From Clostridia bacterium (lineage in GTDB: Bacteria; Bacillota; Clostridia; Oscillospirales; CAG-272): a DNA stretch of 64,000 nt. Both the position numbers and the translations under genes were made by a program. The DNA lies in the NCBI GenBank assembly GCA_017455185.1, contig JAFTBN010000062.1:867-64866 (forward strand). The letters run 5' to 3'. Positions 40,184-49,653 of the stretch are shown in pieces. The notes below the pieces were generated by a model. That model worked only from the letters and a program-made list of their open reading frames with translations, was not told the DNA's origin and made no database searches. The first letter of the stretch is position 1, and each line of letters begins with the position of its first letter.

Positions 40184-42052
40184 ATGGAAGAAAAGAAAGA
40201 ATACGCGGGAATTTGGAAAGCGGTGCAGAAACCGGGCCGGTATGCGGGCGGAGAATTCGGACAGATCCTCAAGGATCCCGAATCCGTCGTGGCCAGGTTC
40301 GCGTTCTGCTTCCCGGATTCCTACGAAATCGGGATGTCCAATCTGGGCGTCCGGCTGCTTTACGGGGTGCTCAACGAAGACCCGAAAATCTGGTGTGAGC
40401 GCGTCTACGCTCCCTGGGTGGATATGCAGGAGCAGATGGAAAAGCACAACCTTCCGCTGTGCGCCATGGAAAGCGGAGATCCGCTGACCCGGTTCGATTT
40501 CATCGGGTTCACCCTGCAGTATGAAATGTGTTACACCAACGTCCTGAATATGCTCCGTCTGGCCCATATGCCGCTGTACGCGAAAGACCGGACCGAGGAT
40601 ATGCCCCTGGTCATCGGGGGAGGTCCCTGCTCGTACAACGCCGAGCCGATTGCGGATTTCTTCGATCTGTTCAACATCGGAGAAGGGGAGGAAATGCTGC
40701 CCGAAATCGTCAGGCTGTACGTCCGGATGAAGGAGGAAGGAACCTATACCCGTTCCGGTTTTCTGCACGAGGCCGCGCGGACCATTCCCGGCGTGTACGT
40801 TCCCTCTCTGTTCGAGGTGACGTACAACGACGACGGGACCATCCGCGCGTATACGCCGGTCTGCGACGACATTCCCCGGCAGGTGAAGAAGCGCATTGTG
40901 GCGGATATGGATACGGCATACTTCCCGAAGAAAGTCGTGGTTCCGTACATCGAGACGGTGCAGGACCGCATCATGCTGGAAGTGTACCGGGGCTGCATCC
41001 GCGGCTGCCGGTTCTGCCAGGCGGGCATGGTGTACCGCCCGGTCCGGGACAAGAGTCCGGATACGCTCAACGAACAGGCCATCTGCCTGTTTGAAAACAC
41101 GGGATACGAGGAAGTTTCCCTGACGTCGCTCTCCATCAGCGATTACCCGCGTCTGGAGGAACTGACGGACAAACTGCTGGCCTGGACGGTACCCAACAAG
41201 GTCAGTCTGTCCCTGCCGTCCCTGCGGGCCGACAGTTTTTCCAAGGAACTGATGGACAAGGTGGCGTCCGTACGCTCCTCCTCCCTGACTTTTGCGCCCG
41301 AGGCGGGCACGCAGAGACTGCGGGACGTCATCAACAAGAATGTAACCGAAGAGGACATCAAACATGCCACCGGCATCGCGTTTGCGGCCGGAAAGGATAC
41401 GGTCAAACTGTATTTCATGAACGGCCTGCCGACCGAAACCTACGAGGACATCCGCGGCATTGCCGAGTTGGCCGAGCACATCGTGGACCACTACTATGCC
41501 ACGCCGGGGCACAGCCGCCGGCCGGTTACGGTCACGGTCAGTGTGTCCTGCTTTATCCCCAAACCCTTCACGCCTTTCCAATGGGAGGCGCAGGATACCA
41601 TGGAATCCCTGGCCGAAAAGCAGAAATATCTGGCGGAATGCATCACCAACCGCAAAATCCGCTACCAACATCACGACGCCAAGGTATCGCGCATCGAAGC
41701 GGTGCTGGCAAGAGGCGACCGGAGGCTGAGCCGGGCTCTGGCCCTGGCCTGCGAGGAAGGGTTCCGGTTTGACGCCTGGGACGAGTTTTTTGATTACGAC
41801 AAGTGGCTGGATGTGTTTGCCCGGTGCGGCATCGATCCCGCCTTTTACGCCAACCGCGCCTTCGGGCTGGATGAGGTTCTTCCCTGGGACATCATCGACA
41901 TAGGAGTCAAAAAGGAGTTTTTGCTCCGTGAACGGGCCAAAGCCTATCAGGGAGAGACCACGCCGAACTGCAAGGAAGCCTGCTCGGGCTGTGGCGCGAA
42001 CGCATTGGGAGGGAAGCTGACATGGTGTCCGAAATACAGGAAGAAACAGTAA
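40184..42052 (+). CDS. Uncharacterised B12-binding-domain radical SAM protein (TIGR03960-like)
   Basis: 622 aa. The family-typical N-terminus is KAVQKPGRYAGGEFGQILKD. The radical SAM cluster is CIRGCRFCQAG. Confidence 0.75.
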   Translation: MEEKKEYAGIWKAVQKPGRYAGGEFGQILKDPESVVARFAFCFPDSYEIGMSNLGVRLLYGVLNEDPKIWCERVYAPWVDMQEQMEKHNLPLCAMESGDPLTRFDFIGFTLQYEMCYTNVLNMLRLAHMPLYAKDRTEDMPLVIGGGPCSYNAEPIADFFDLFNIGEGEEMLPEIVRLYVRMKEEGTYTRSGFLHEAARTIPGVYVPSLFEVTYNDDGTIRAYTPVCDDIPRQVKKRIVADMDTAYFPKKVVVPYIETVQDRIMLEVYRGCIRGCRFCQAGMVYRPVRDKSPDTLNEQAICLFENTGYEEVSLTSLSISDYPRLEELTDKLLAWTVPNKVSLSLPSLRADSFSKELMDKVASVRSSSLTFAPEAGTQRLRDVINKNVTEEDIKHATGIAFAAGKDTVKLYFMNGLPTETYEDIRGIAELAEHIVDHYYATPGHSRRPVTVTVSVSCFIPKPFTPFQWEAQDTMESLAEKQKYLAECITNRKIRYQHHDAKVSRIEAVLARGDRRLSRALALACEEGFRFDAWDEFFDYDKWLDVFARCGIDPAFYANRAFGLDEVLPWDIIDIGVKKEFLLRERAKAYQGETTPNCKEACSGCGANALGGKLTWCPKYRKKQ

Positions 42053-42771
42053 AGCCGGGCGGTCCGTTCCTCCGTCAGCAGGGTGAGCCGCTGGAGTTGT
42101 TTGAAACGGTGCGGCTCAGGTTCTTCAAGGTCGGGCATCTTCAGTACATCTCCCATCTGGACCTGCAGCGTTCGATGATGCGCATCCTGGTCCGCGCGGG
42201 GATTCCGGTCTGGTACACGCAGGGGTTCAATCCCCACGCGAAGGTCGTTTTCGCGCTGCCTTTGCCGATCGGCGTACAGAGCCGGTGCGAATATATGGAC
42301 GTCCGGCTGGACCGCAAGATTGAATTTGAGGAAGTGAAAAGACGGCTGAACGCCGCGCTGACCGATGAGATGCAGGTGCTTGAGGCCTATGCCCCCGAGA
42401 TGAAGTTCTCGGACATCGGATATGCCGCTTATACCATCCGGTTCACCTGCCCTCAGACCGCTTTTCCGACGGCCGGCGAAGTGGAAGCCTGCCTGAGGGA
42501 TCCCGGAACCAGGATCCGGAAGAAGACCAAGTCGGGCGAGCACGACGTGGCGACCGCGGACGTCATTGAACAGATGAAAATCGAAAGCACGGAGGAAGAA
42601 CTCCGGCTGGACCTTTTGCTCAGTGCGGGGACGAACCGCGAGACCCTGAGTCCCGCGCAGATAGCGGAAGAAATCGAGAACCGGTTTTCTTTGTACAAGG
42701 ATCCGGCTCAGGAACACCTGGACATCATCCGCACTTCGGTGCTGAATCTGGACGGGGTTCCGTTCCGGTAA
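42022..42771 (+). CDS. Radical-SAM-associated protein (TIGR03936/DUF2344-like)
   Basis: RLRFFKVGHLQYISHLDLQRSMMRILVRAGIPVWYTQGFNPHAKVVFALPLPIG. It overlaps the upstream gene by 31 nt. An alternative GTG at 42109 would remove the overlap. Confidence 0.7.
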   Translation: MVSEIQEETVKPGGPFLRQQGEPLELFETVRLRFFKVGHLQYISHLDLQRSMMRILVRAGIPVWYTQGFNPHAKVVFALPLPIGVQSRCEYMDVRLDRKIEFEEVKRRLNAALTDEMQVLEAYAPEMKFSDIGYAAYTIRFTCPQTAFPTAGEVEACLRDPGTRIRKKTKSGEHDVATADVIEQMKIESTEEELRLDLLLSAGTNRETLSPAQIAEEIENRFSLYKDPAQEHLDIIRTSVLNLDGVPFR

Positions 42772-42781
42772 GGAGGAAAAT

Positions 42782-43243
42782 ATGGAAATCCGAAGAGCGC
42801 AGGCCGCCGATGCGGACCGGATTCTGGAACTGCTGGGGCAGGTGGCCGGTGTGCACCGCGCCATCCGTCCGGATCTGTTCGTGGGAAAAACAAAATACAG
42901 CCGGGAGGATTTGCTCTCTCTGCTGGAGAATCCCGAACGGCCCGTTTTCGTGGCCGTGGAGGAGGACCTTGTGGTCGGATATGCTTTTTTGTGGTTCGAA
43001 GAAAGACACGGAGGCGTTCTGGCACCCGGGACCGAACTGTACCTGGACGATTTGTGCGTCGACGAAAAATGGAGGCACAAAAAGGTGGCGTCAGCCCTGT
43101 TCGGACACGTCTGTGAGTACGGCCGCAACATGGGCTGCGCCGAACTCACGCTGAATGTCTGGACGGGCAACGACGGAGCTTTGGCTTTTTATGAAAAAAT
43201 GGGTATGAAACCGCAAAAAGTGAAGATGGAACTGCCGCTTTGA
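42782..43243 (+). CDS. GNAT-family N-acetyltransferase
   Basis: 153 aa. The acetyl-CoA-binding region is LCVDEKWRHKKVASALFGHV...LNVWTGNDGALAFYEKMGM. Confidence 0.8.
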   Translation: MEIRRAQAADADRILELLGQVAGVHRAIRPDLFVGKTKYSREDLLSLLENPERPVFVAVEEDLVVGYAFLWFEERHGGVLAPGTELYLDDLCVDEKWRHKKVASALFGHVCEYGRNMGCAELTLNVWTGNDGALAFYEKMGMKPQKVKMELPL

Positions 43244-43325
43244 TGCGGGCGGGAGCAGGAGAATTCCCTGCGTTTCCTTCGCTCCCGAATTGTGCCTCCG
43301 GGGAGGATTTTTCCCCGTTTTGCCC

Positions 43326-43354
43326 TTGACATCCGTCTGGGTGTATGCTATACT
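43326..43354 (+). promoter_or_regulatory. Consensus promoter upstream of the SH3 lipoprotein gene
   Basis: TTGACA (43326-43331), a 17-nt spacer, and TGcTATACT (-10 at 43349-43354). The leader to the ATG at 43464 is about 100 nt. Confidence 0.65.
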
Positions 43355-43463
43355 TTTTTGTGCATGAGCGCGAGGCGATCGGGCGCGTTCTGTGGGGGGC
43401 ATACGGAGAAATCCGGCAAGTTTCGATCAGATTATTTAGACCCGAATGGGGTGGGGGTATTGT

Positions 43464-44153
43464 ATGCGCTTTAAGGTTTTAAGTTTGTTGCTGGCCATTT
43501 TGATGGTGGTGAGTCTGATCGGTGTTTTGGCTTCCTGCGGTATCGGAACCGAGAAAACCTCGGAAACCGAATCGACAAAGAAGGAAACGTTCAATCCGGC
43601 AAAGGAAACGGCGGGTTCGGACGAAACGAAAAAGGAAACCGAGACGGAGACCGATGCCAAGCAGCCGCTGACCTTTACCGAAGCGGAAGGTCAGATGTTT
43701 GTGTATGTGATTGAACTGAATTATCACAAGACCGCGGATATTCTTGAATCCTCTGTGGCCGGCCAGCTGAAATACGGCGACGCCGTGACGCGGACGGGTG
43801 TTTCTTCCGACGGGGAATGGACACGGATCAAGGTGGAAGACGGAACTTTCTATGTCAAGTCAAAATGTCTGGTGGAGAAACTGGACGTCCTGAATAATCT
43901 GGATGAGCCCGAAGAACTGTATGTGACGGCGGAAAGCCTGAACGTTCGGCTGATTCCGAATTTTGAGGACAGCGCGGTCATCGTCGGTGTCCTGAAGAAG
44001 GGCGACAAGGTCGTTCGCGTAGCCATCAGCGAGGATGGCACGTTCAGCCGGATCAAGTTCACGCCGGAAGGCGGGAAAGAAGGAGAATATTATGTCGGCA
44101 ACAAGTATCTCTCCAAGGAAGCTCCGGAAACAGAATCATCTAAAAGCGAGTAA
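43464..44153 (+). CDS. Lipoprotein with a T/E/K-rich linker and two SH3b-like domains
   Basis: The signal peptide has a lipobox (MRFKVLSLLLAILMVVSLIGVLASC). There are two segments of about 60 aa with the SH3_3-like pattern (...LKYGDAVTRTGVSSDGEWTRIKVEDGTFYVKSKCL and ...LKKGDKVVRVAISEDGTFSRIKF...YYVGNKYL). Confidence 0.7.
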   Translation: MRFKVLSLLLAILMVVSLIGVLASCGIGTEKTSETESTKKETFNPAKETAGSDETKKETETETDAKQPLTFTEAEGQMFVYVIELNYHKTADILESSVAGQLKYGDAVTRTGVSSDGEWTRIKVEDGTFYVKSKCLVEKLDVLNNLDEPEELYVTAESLNVRLIPNFEDSAVIVGVLKKGDKVVRVAISEDGTFSRIKFTPEGGKEGEYYVGNKYLSKEAPETESSKSE

Positions 44154-44255
44154 TTTTTCAGCCCGTTTGCGGGCAGAATAAGCGGGAATGTCGGATGCAG
44201 GACGGAGTGACGGAATGTGTTCGGCATTTCTTCGTTAAGGAAAGGAAGACAGACT

Positions 44256-45089
44256 ATGAGTGATTGCAATCATGATTGCGGGAATTGCGCCTCGTCCTGT
44301 TCGGACAGGAAAGCGCCCCAGACTATGCGCGCCTCGCTGAACGAATTGTCCACGGTGCGCAAGGTATATGCGGTTGTCAGCGGCAAAGGCGGCGTGGGGA
44401 AATCCCTGGTCACCTCCATGCTGGCGGTGAACGCGGCCAGAAACGGCGCACGCGCGGCCATCCTGGACGCAGACGTGACAGGCCCTTCCATCCCGAAGGT
44501 GTTCGGCGTGCACGACAAGGCGACAGGAGACGGGGAACACATTTTCCCGGCCTACACGCAAACGGGCATTCAGATGATGTCCATCAATCTTTTGCTCAAG
44601 GAAGAGACCGACCCGGTTGTCTGGCGCGGCCCTATTCTGGCCGGCACGGTCAAGCAGTTCTGGACCGACGTCATCTGGGATAACGTGGACGTGATGTTCG
44701 TGGACTGTCCTCCCGGAACCGGGGACGTCCCGCTGACCGTCTTCCAGTCCATTCCGGTTGACGGCATCATCGTGGTAACCTCTCCTCAGGATCTGGTTTC
44801 CATGATTGTGGAGAAAGCGGTCAAGATGGCGCAGATGATGAACGTACCCGTGTTCGGACTGGTTGAGAACATGTCCTATTACCAGTGTCCGCATTGCGGG
44901 GAGAAAGAATACATTTACGGGCAGAGTCACATCGAGGAGACGGCCGCCAAATACGGCATCGGACACGTGGCCCGGATTCCCATCGAGAGGGACATCGCGG
45001 GACTGTGCGACGCGGGACGCATCGAGGACTACCGGGGAGACTGGCTGGATGAAATGGGCTCCGCCCTGGTCCGGACGCTCGAATCTTAA
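44256..45089 (+). CDS. Mrp/NBP35/ApbC-family Fe-S cluster carrier ATPase
   Basis: An N-terminal Cys cluster (CNHDCGNCASSC), a deviant Walker A (VVSGKGGVGKS), the CPHCG motif, and DCPPGTGD. Confidence 0.85.
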   Translation: MSDCNHDCGNCASSCSDRKAPQTMRASLNELSTVRKVYAVVSGKGGVGKSLVTSMLAVNAARNGARAAILDADVTGPSIPKVFGVHDKATGDGEHIFPAYTQTGIQMMSINLLLKEETDPVVWRGPILAGTVKQFWTDVIWDNVDVMFVDCPPGTGDVPLTVFQSIPVDGIIVVTSPQDLVSMIVEKAVKMAQMMNVPVFGLVENMSYYQCPHCGEKEYIYGQSHIEETAAKYGIGHVARIPIERDIAGLCDAGRIEDYRGDWLDEMGSALVRTLES

Positions 45090-45119
45090 ACGGCATAAAA
45101 AAAGAAAGAGGAATACAAA

Positions 45120-46055
45120 ATGGCACTTGTTACAACGACAGAGATGTTCAAAAAAGCATACGAGGGCGGATATGCCATCGGCGCGTTCAACATTAACAAC
45201 ATGGAAATCATCCAGGCAATCACCGAGGCTGCCGCCGAGGAGAAGTCTCCGGTCATCCTTCAGGTTTCCGCCGGCGCTCGCAAATATGCCAAGCCCGCTT
45301 ACCTGATGGCCCTGGCCCGCGCAGCGGTGGAGGATACCGGCATTGATTTTGCTCTTCATCTGGATCACGGCGCGGATTTCGAAATCTGCAAAGCCTGCAT
45401 CGACAACGGATTCACCTCGGTCATGATCGACCGCAGCGCCTATCCGTTCGAGGAAAACGTCAAGGAAACCCGCCGGGTGGTTGAGTACGCGCACGCAAAC
45501 GGAGTCGTGGTGGAAGCCGAACTGGGAAGCCTGGCCGGCATCGAGGACGACGTCAACGTCAACGCGGAAGACGCTCTGTTCACCAATCCGGACGAGGTGG
45601 AAGCCTTTGTCAGCAAGACCGGCATCGATTCGCTGGCCATTGCCATCGGAACCTCTCACGGCGCTTACAAATTCAAGCCGGGCCAGAAGCCGCAGCTTCG
45701 CTTCGACATCCTGGAGGAAGTGGGACGCAGACTGCCCGGATTCCCGATCGTGCTGCACGGCGCGTCATCGGTTATCCCCGAGCTGGTCACCGAGATCAAC
45801 GAATGCGGCGGCAATATGCCCGACGCAATCGGCATTCCCGAGAGCATGCTCCGTCAGGCTGCCAAAATGGCGGTTTGCAAGATCAACATCGACTCGGATA
45901 TCCGTCTGGCCATGACGGCAGGTATTCGCCGCACATTCAAGGCGCATCCCGAGTATTTCGATCCGAGACAGTACCTGTCCGTTGCGCGCGACGAAGTCCG
46001 CAAGATGGTCAAACACAAAATCGAGACCGTTCTCGGCTCTGCCAACACACTCTGA
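45120..46055 (+). CDS. fba: Class II fructose-1,6-bisphosphate aldolase
   Basis: AIGAFNINNMEIIQAI, LHLDHG, GTSHGAYKF and LVLHGASS-type blocks (here IVLHGASS). Confidence 0.9.
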   Translation: MALVTTTEMFKKAYEGGYAIGAFNINNMEIIQAITEAAAEEKSPVILQVSAGARKYAKPAYLMALARAAVEDTGIDFALHLDHGADFEICKACIDNGFTSVMIDRSAYPFEENVKETRRVVEYAHANGVVVEAELGSLAGIEDDVNVNAEDALFTNPDEVEAFVSKTGIDSLAIAIGTSHGAYKFKPGQKPQLRFDILEEVGRRLPGFPIVLHGASSVIPELVTEINECGGNMPDAIGIPESMLRQAAKMAVCKINIDSDIRLAMTAGIRRTFKAHPEYFDPRQYLSVARDEVRKMVKHKIETVLGSANTL

Positions 46056-46065
46056 CAAGGAGCAC

Positions 46066-46091
46066 AAAAGGGGGCGCAGACCCCCTTTTTT
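46066..46091 (+). terminator. Rho-independent terminator after fba
   Basis: AAAAGGGGG (46066-46074), loop CGCAGA, then CCCCCTTTTTT (46081-46091). Confidence 0.85.
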
Positions 46092-46099
46092 CATGAAAG

Positions 46100-46840
46100 A
46101 TGAAGCACATTGAACGTTTTACCGTCCGTTGGCACGATACGGACGCGGGACGGCTGGTCCGCCCCTCCCAACTTCTGATGTACATGCAGGAATGCGGAAA
46201 TCTGCAGTGCAAGGCTGACGGAACCGAACTGGACCGGCTGCGGGATGAAGAGCATCAGGCCTTTATCCTGGTCCGGATTGCCATGGAATTTTACAAACCC
46301 CTGTACAATTCCGACGTCATCGACGTGGAGACCTGGGTCGGACAGGGGAAGGGATTTACCTTTCCGCGTGCCTTCCGGATCATGCGGGGCGAAGAAGTGA
46401 TAGCGGAAGCAATGAGCATCTGGGTCCTGGTGGATACCGAGACGCGCCAAATGCTCCCCGTCAGCGCGTTTAAGCACACGTATCCCATCGACGAGATGCC
46501 GAAGGTGGAACTTCCGGTCCGTCTGAAAAATCATCCCTGCCCGGAAATCGGCAAACGGGTCATCGTGTATTCGGACCTGGATTACAACGGGCATATGAAC
46601 AACACCAAATACCCGGATATGCTGTGCGATTTTCTTCCGACCGGTGTCATGCAGGACTGCTTTCCGTCCCGCATAGTGATGGTGTTCCATCATGAGGCGG
46701 CAGGCGGCGACGTTTTGTCGGTCTGCGGTGCACCCGAGGAGGAGCAAAAGAACCATTGGCATTTCCAGACTACCCGCGAAGACGGAACGCTCTGTCTTCA
46801 GGCGGAAATGGAACTGACCCAAAGGGCTGCCCTGCAATAG
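46100..46840 (+). CDS. Acyl-ACP thioesterase family protein
   Basis: 246 aa with a double hotdog layout (RFTVRWHDTDAGRLVRPSQLLMYMQE... and RVIVYSDLDYNGHMNNTKYPDM). Confidence 0.75.
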   Translation: MKHIERFTVRWHDTDAGRLVRPSQLLMYMQECGNLQCKADGTELDRLRDEEHQAFILVRIAMEFYKPLYNSDVIDVETWVGQGKGFTFPRAFRIMRGEEVIAEAMSIWVLVDTETRQMLPVSAFKHTYPIDEMPKVELPVRLKNHPCPEIGKRVIVYSDLDYNGHMNNTKYPDMLCDFLPTGVMQDCFPSRIVMVFHHEAAGGDVLSVCGAPEEEQKNHWHFQTTREDGTLCLQAEMELTQRAALQ

Positions 46841-46854
46841 AGACCGGCTGTAAC

Positions 46855-46907
46855 CAAACAAAGCGTCAGGCGGCGCATCGGACGATGCGTTCCCTGACGC
46901 TTTTTTT
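46855..46907. terminator. Bidirectional terminator between the convergent thioesterase and ABC-F genes
   Basis: AGCGTCAGG (46862-46870) pairs with CCTGACGCT (46893-46901). There is an inner GCGCATCG/GATGCG hairpin, a TTTTTTT run on the plus side, and a T-rich run on the minus side. Confidence 0.8.
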
Positions 46908-48880
46908 CAGAGCTGGTCCAGCTCTTCCAGTTCCGCATAGGTCTGAAGGAGCAGGGCCTCTTTTTGGGTTCTTTCGGTGTCCAGTTCGGCCGCGCGCACG
47001 TAATCGGTCGCGGCGTCTCCGTTCAGTTCGGCCTCAATGGCCTCAAGCCGGTCTTCCAGCTCTTTGGCCTGCGCCTGAAGCCGGCTGATCCGGGTGGCCC
47101 TTTTGCGGGCTTCGGATGCTTCCTGCTTGCTGCGGAGGTAGTTTTCCTTGTTTGTGCTTTCTTTGGCTGCTTTTCCGGCGTCCCGGCGTCCTCCGCCCTG
47201 GACTCCCATTTCGGCCAGCCGCGCCTCGCAGTAACGGATGTACTCGGTGTAACCCTGACCCGGATGAACAACCGGGTAGTCCATCAGGTCCTTCCCGAAC
47301 GCCTCATCCGGCCGGATCTCCAGGATCCGTGTGGCCAGTTTGTCGATGAAATAGCGGTCGTGCGACACGGCGACGATGGTTCCGTCAAAATGGGCCAGCG
47401 CCTCTTCCAATGCTTCGCGCGAATCGATGTCCAGATGATTGGTCGGTTCGTCCAGAACCAGCAGATTCATCCGGGAAAGAATCAGTTTGGACAGGGTCAG
47501 ACGGGCCCGCTCTCCTCCCGAGAGCATGCGGACCGATTTAAAGACGTCGTCGCCTGTAAAACGGAAGGACGCCAGTGTGCTTCGGATTTCGGTCTCGGAC
47601 AGGGTCGGGTAGGCATTCCACAGTTCCTCCAGCACGGTCCGGCTCTCGTCCAGGTTCTGGTTTTCCTGATCGTAGTATCCGATCTCCACATTGGTTCCGT
47701 GCAGCACCGATCCTTCGGTCGGGGACAGACGGTGAATCAGCATTTTAATCAGGGTGGATTTTCCGCAGCCGTTCGCTCCGATGATCAGAACCCGCTCGGC
47801 TTTCTTGACCAGGAAGGAAAGATGGGAGAAAAGACTTCTTTCGCCGAACCGCATGCCGAGATCGCGGACAATGAGAACGTCGTTTCCGCTTTCAAGTCCC
47901 TGTGTGAAGGCCAGGCGGATGGATTTCGGGTCTTCCTTCGGTTTTTCCAGAAGGACCATTTTGTCCAGCATTTTCTGTCGGCTTTCGGCCGCAACGATGT
48001 TTCTTTGCCGGTTCCAGGCTCTTTGCTGGGCTATGTACGCCTCCTGACGCGCGATTTCCTTCTGCTGCTGCTCATAATGCTTCCGGGCCGTTTCGCGGTC
48101 CTGTGCGCGCTGCTGCAGCGTTCGGGTGTAATTGCCGTTGTAGAGTTTGGCCGCCCCGTATTGGATGGCCAGAGTCTTGTTGGTGACCCGGTCCAGAAAA
48201 TACCGGTCGTGCGACACGACGATGACGCACTTGTTGCGGTTGACCAGATAGTTTTCCAGCCAGGCGGTGGTGGCGATATCGAGATGGTTGGTCGGCTCAT
48301 CCAGAAGAAGGATGTCCGGGTCGCGCGCCATCTGCAGACCCAAGGCCAGACGGGTTCTTTGCCCGCCCGAGAGAATCCGGATGGGGCGGTTCATATCTTC
48401 TTCCGAAAAACCGAGGTTTTTCAGCATGGAAACGCAGCGGGAACGGAATTCGTGACCGCCGTCCCGGGTGTAGGACTGTTCAAGTTCGGCGTATTCCCGC
48501 GCCCGCTCCGCGTTGAGCAGCTGACTGGACGGATGTTTGTTGATTTCCTCCATCAGGGCGTGCATGCGCTCTTCCATGGCAAGAAACCGGGAGAAAACGC
48601 CGTACATCTGTTCCAGCGGCGTGCTCTCGTCCAGGTCTTTGAAATGCCGCAGCGCCCCGTCCTGCGTGACGATGGCCATGGTTTTGCCTTTGGCTACATA
48701 GAACGTGCCGGAGGTGGGTTCCACTTCGCCGGTCAGCATTCGGAGCAGGGAGGTTTTCCCGCAGCCGTTTACGCCGATCACTCCGAGTTTGTCGGACTCT
48801 TCCAGAGCGAAAGCAACTTTATTGAGGATGGTTTTGTCTCCGAAAGAGAGGGACAGATCGTTTACGGTTAAGACGAGCAT
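46907..48880 (-). CDS. ABC-F family ATPase (two ABC domains, no TM domain, C-terminal coiled coil)
   Basis: 657 aa. Two Walker A motifs (GVNGCGKTS, GANGCGKST), two LSGG signatures (LSGGQRTRL, LSGGERARL), and a charged C-terminal helix. Confidence 0.88.
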   Translation of the reverse strand: MLVLTVNDLSLSFGDKTILNKVAFALEESDKLGVIGVNGCGKTSLLRMLTGEVEPTSGTFYVAKGKTMAIVTQDGALRHFKDLDESTPLEQMYGVFSRFLAMEERMHALMEEINKHPSSQLLNAERAREYAELEQSYTRDGGHEFRSRCVSMLKNLGFSEEDMNRPIRILSGGQRTRLALGLQMARDPDILLLDEPTNHLDIATTAWLENYLVNRNKCVIVVSHDRYFLDRVTNKTLAIQYGAAKLYNGNYTRTLQQRAQDRETARKHYEQQQKEIARQEAYIAQQRAWNRQRNIVAAESRQKMLDKMVLLEKPKEDPKSIRLAFTQGLESGNDVLIVRDLGMRFGERSLFSHLSFLVKKAERVLIIGANGCGKSTLIKMLIHRLSPTEGSVLHGTNVEIGYYDQENQNLDESRTVLEELWNAYPTLSETEIRSTLASFRFTGDDVFKSVRMLSGGERARLTLSKLILSRMNLLVLDEPTNHLDIDSREALEEALAHFDGTIVAVSHDRYFIDKLATRILEIRPDEAFGKDLMDYPVVHPGQGYTEYIRYCEARLAEMGVQGGGRRDAGKAAKESTNKENYLRSKQEASEARKRATRISRLQAQAKELEDRLEAIEAELNGDAATDYVRAAELDTERTQKEALLLQTYAELEELDQL

Positions 48881-48903
48881 TTGGGCAGATTTCCTTTTTG
48901 ATA

Positions 48904-49641
48904 TCAGTAGTAGTCTTTTTCATCCAGGCTCTTGAGATACCGGATGCATCGGCCGACTTCCTCCAGACCCGTGGGCTTGCAGGTTTCGGATTCCACCACC
49001 ATGCGCAGGCCGAACCGGATGGCGGCGCGGCGGACTTCCTCAACGGGCGCGGTTCCTTCGCCCAGGGCAAAGCCCTGTCCCTGCGCATTTCCGTCCTTGA
49101 TGTGGATGACGCGCATACGGGGATACAGCCGGTCGAGCAGAGCGACCGGATCCAGTCCCGCATGGTAGGCCCAGTAGGTGTCGATTTCGAATTCCACGTC
49201 GGTCCGTTTTTCCAGTTCCTGATGGATCAGCGCTCCATAGGCGGTGGGATGGAATTCGTGCGAATGGTTGTGATAGCCAAGCGCGATTCCTTCCTTTTTC
49301 AGGATAGGCTGCACGTGGTTGATCAGGGCGATGAAGTCGTCCAGCTTTTCTTTGGTGGACAGGTCGGCGCCCGGTATGATGATGTTCTTGTTTCCGATTT
49401 CTTTGTGATAGCGGATGGTGGCGGGCAAAAGATCCCCTTTCAGTTCCTCCCATCCGGTGTGCGTGCCCGAAATCACGAGCCCGAAGCGGTCCAGCATCGA
49501 GGCGACTTCTTTGGCCGTGTGGTTGAAGAAACCGGCGAATTCGACGAAGCGGTATCCGAGATTTGCGACCCGGGCCAGCGTGTCTTCGAAGTGCTCGGGC
49601 ATGCTGTCGCGTACACTGTAGAGTTGAAGTCCGTAATTCAT
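48904..49641 (-). CDS. Sugar phosphate isomerase/epimerase (xylose-isomerase-like TIM barrel)
   Basis: 245 aa. Contains MNYGLQLYSVRD, GYRFVEFAG, LGYHNHSHEF, IDTYWA and IHIKD. Confidence 0.75.
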   Translation of the reverse strand: MNYGLQLYSVRDSMPEHFEDTLARVANLGYRFVEFAGFFNHTAKEVASMLDRFGLVISGTHTGWEELKGDLLPATIRYHKEIGNKNIIIPGADLSTKEKLDDFIALINHVQPILKKEGIALGYHNHSHEFHPTAYGALIHQELEKRTDVEFEIDTYWAYHAGLDPVALLDRLYPRMRVIHIKDGNAQGQGFALGEGTAPVEEVRRAAIRFGLRMVVESETCKPTGLEEVGRCIRYLKSLDEKDYY

Positions 49642-49653
49642 GATGATTCTCCT

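Noticed and set aside
36839-41674. 1611-aa minus-strand ORF spanning three plus-strand genes
   Set aside because: It is antisense to the acidic/ATPase-like gene and the radical-SAM gene. Its translation is low-complexity R/G/P/H/V-rich with no recognisable motif. Long stop-free antisense frames are expected at about 60-65% GC. The plus-strand genes have clear family motifs and RBSs.
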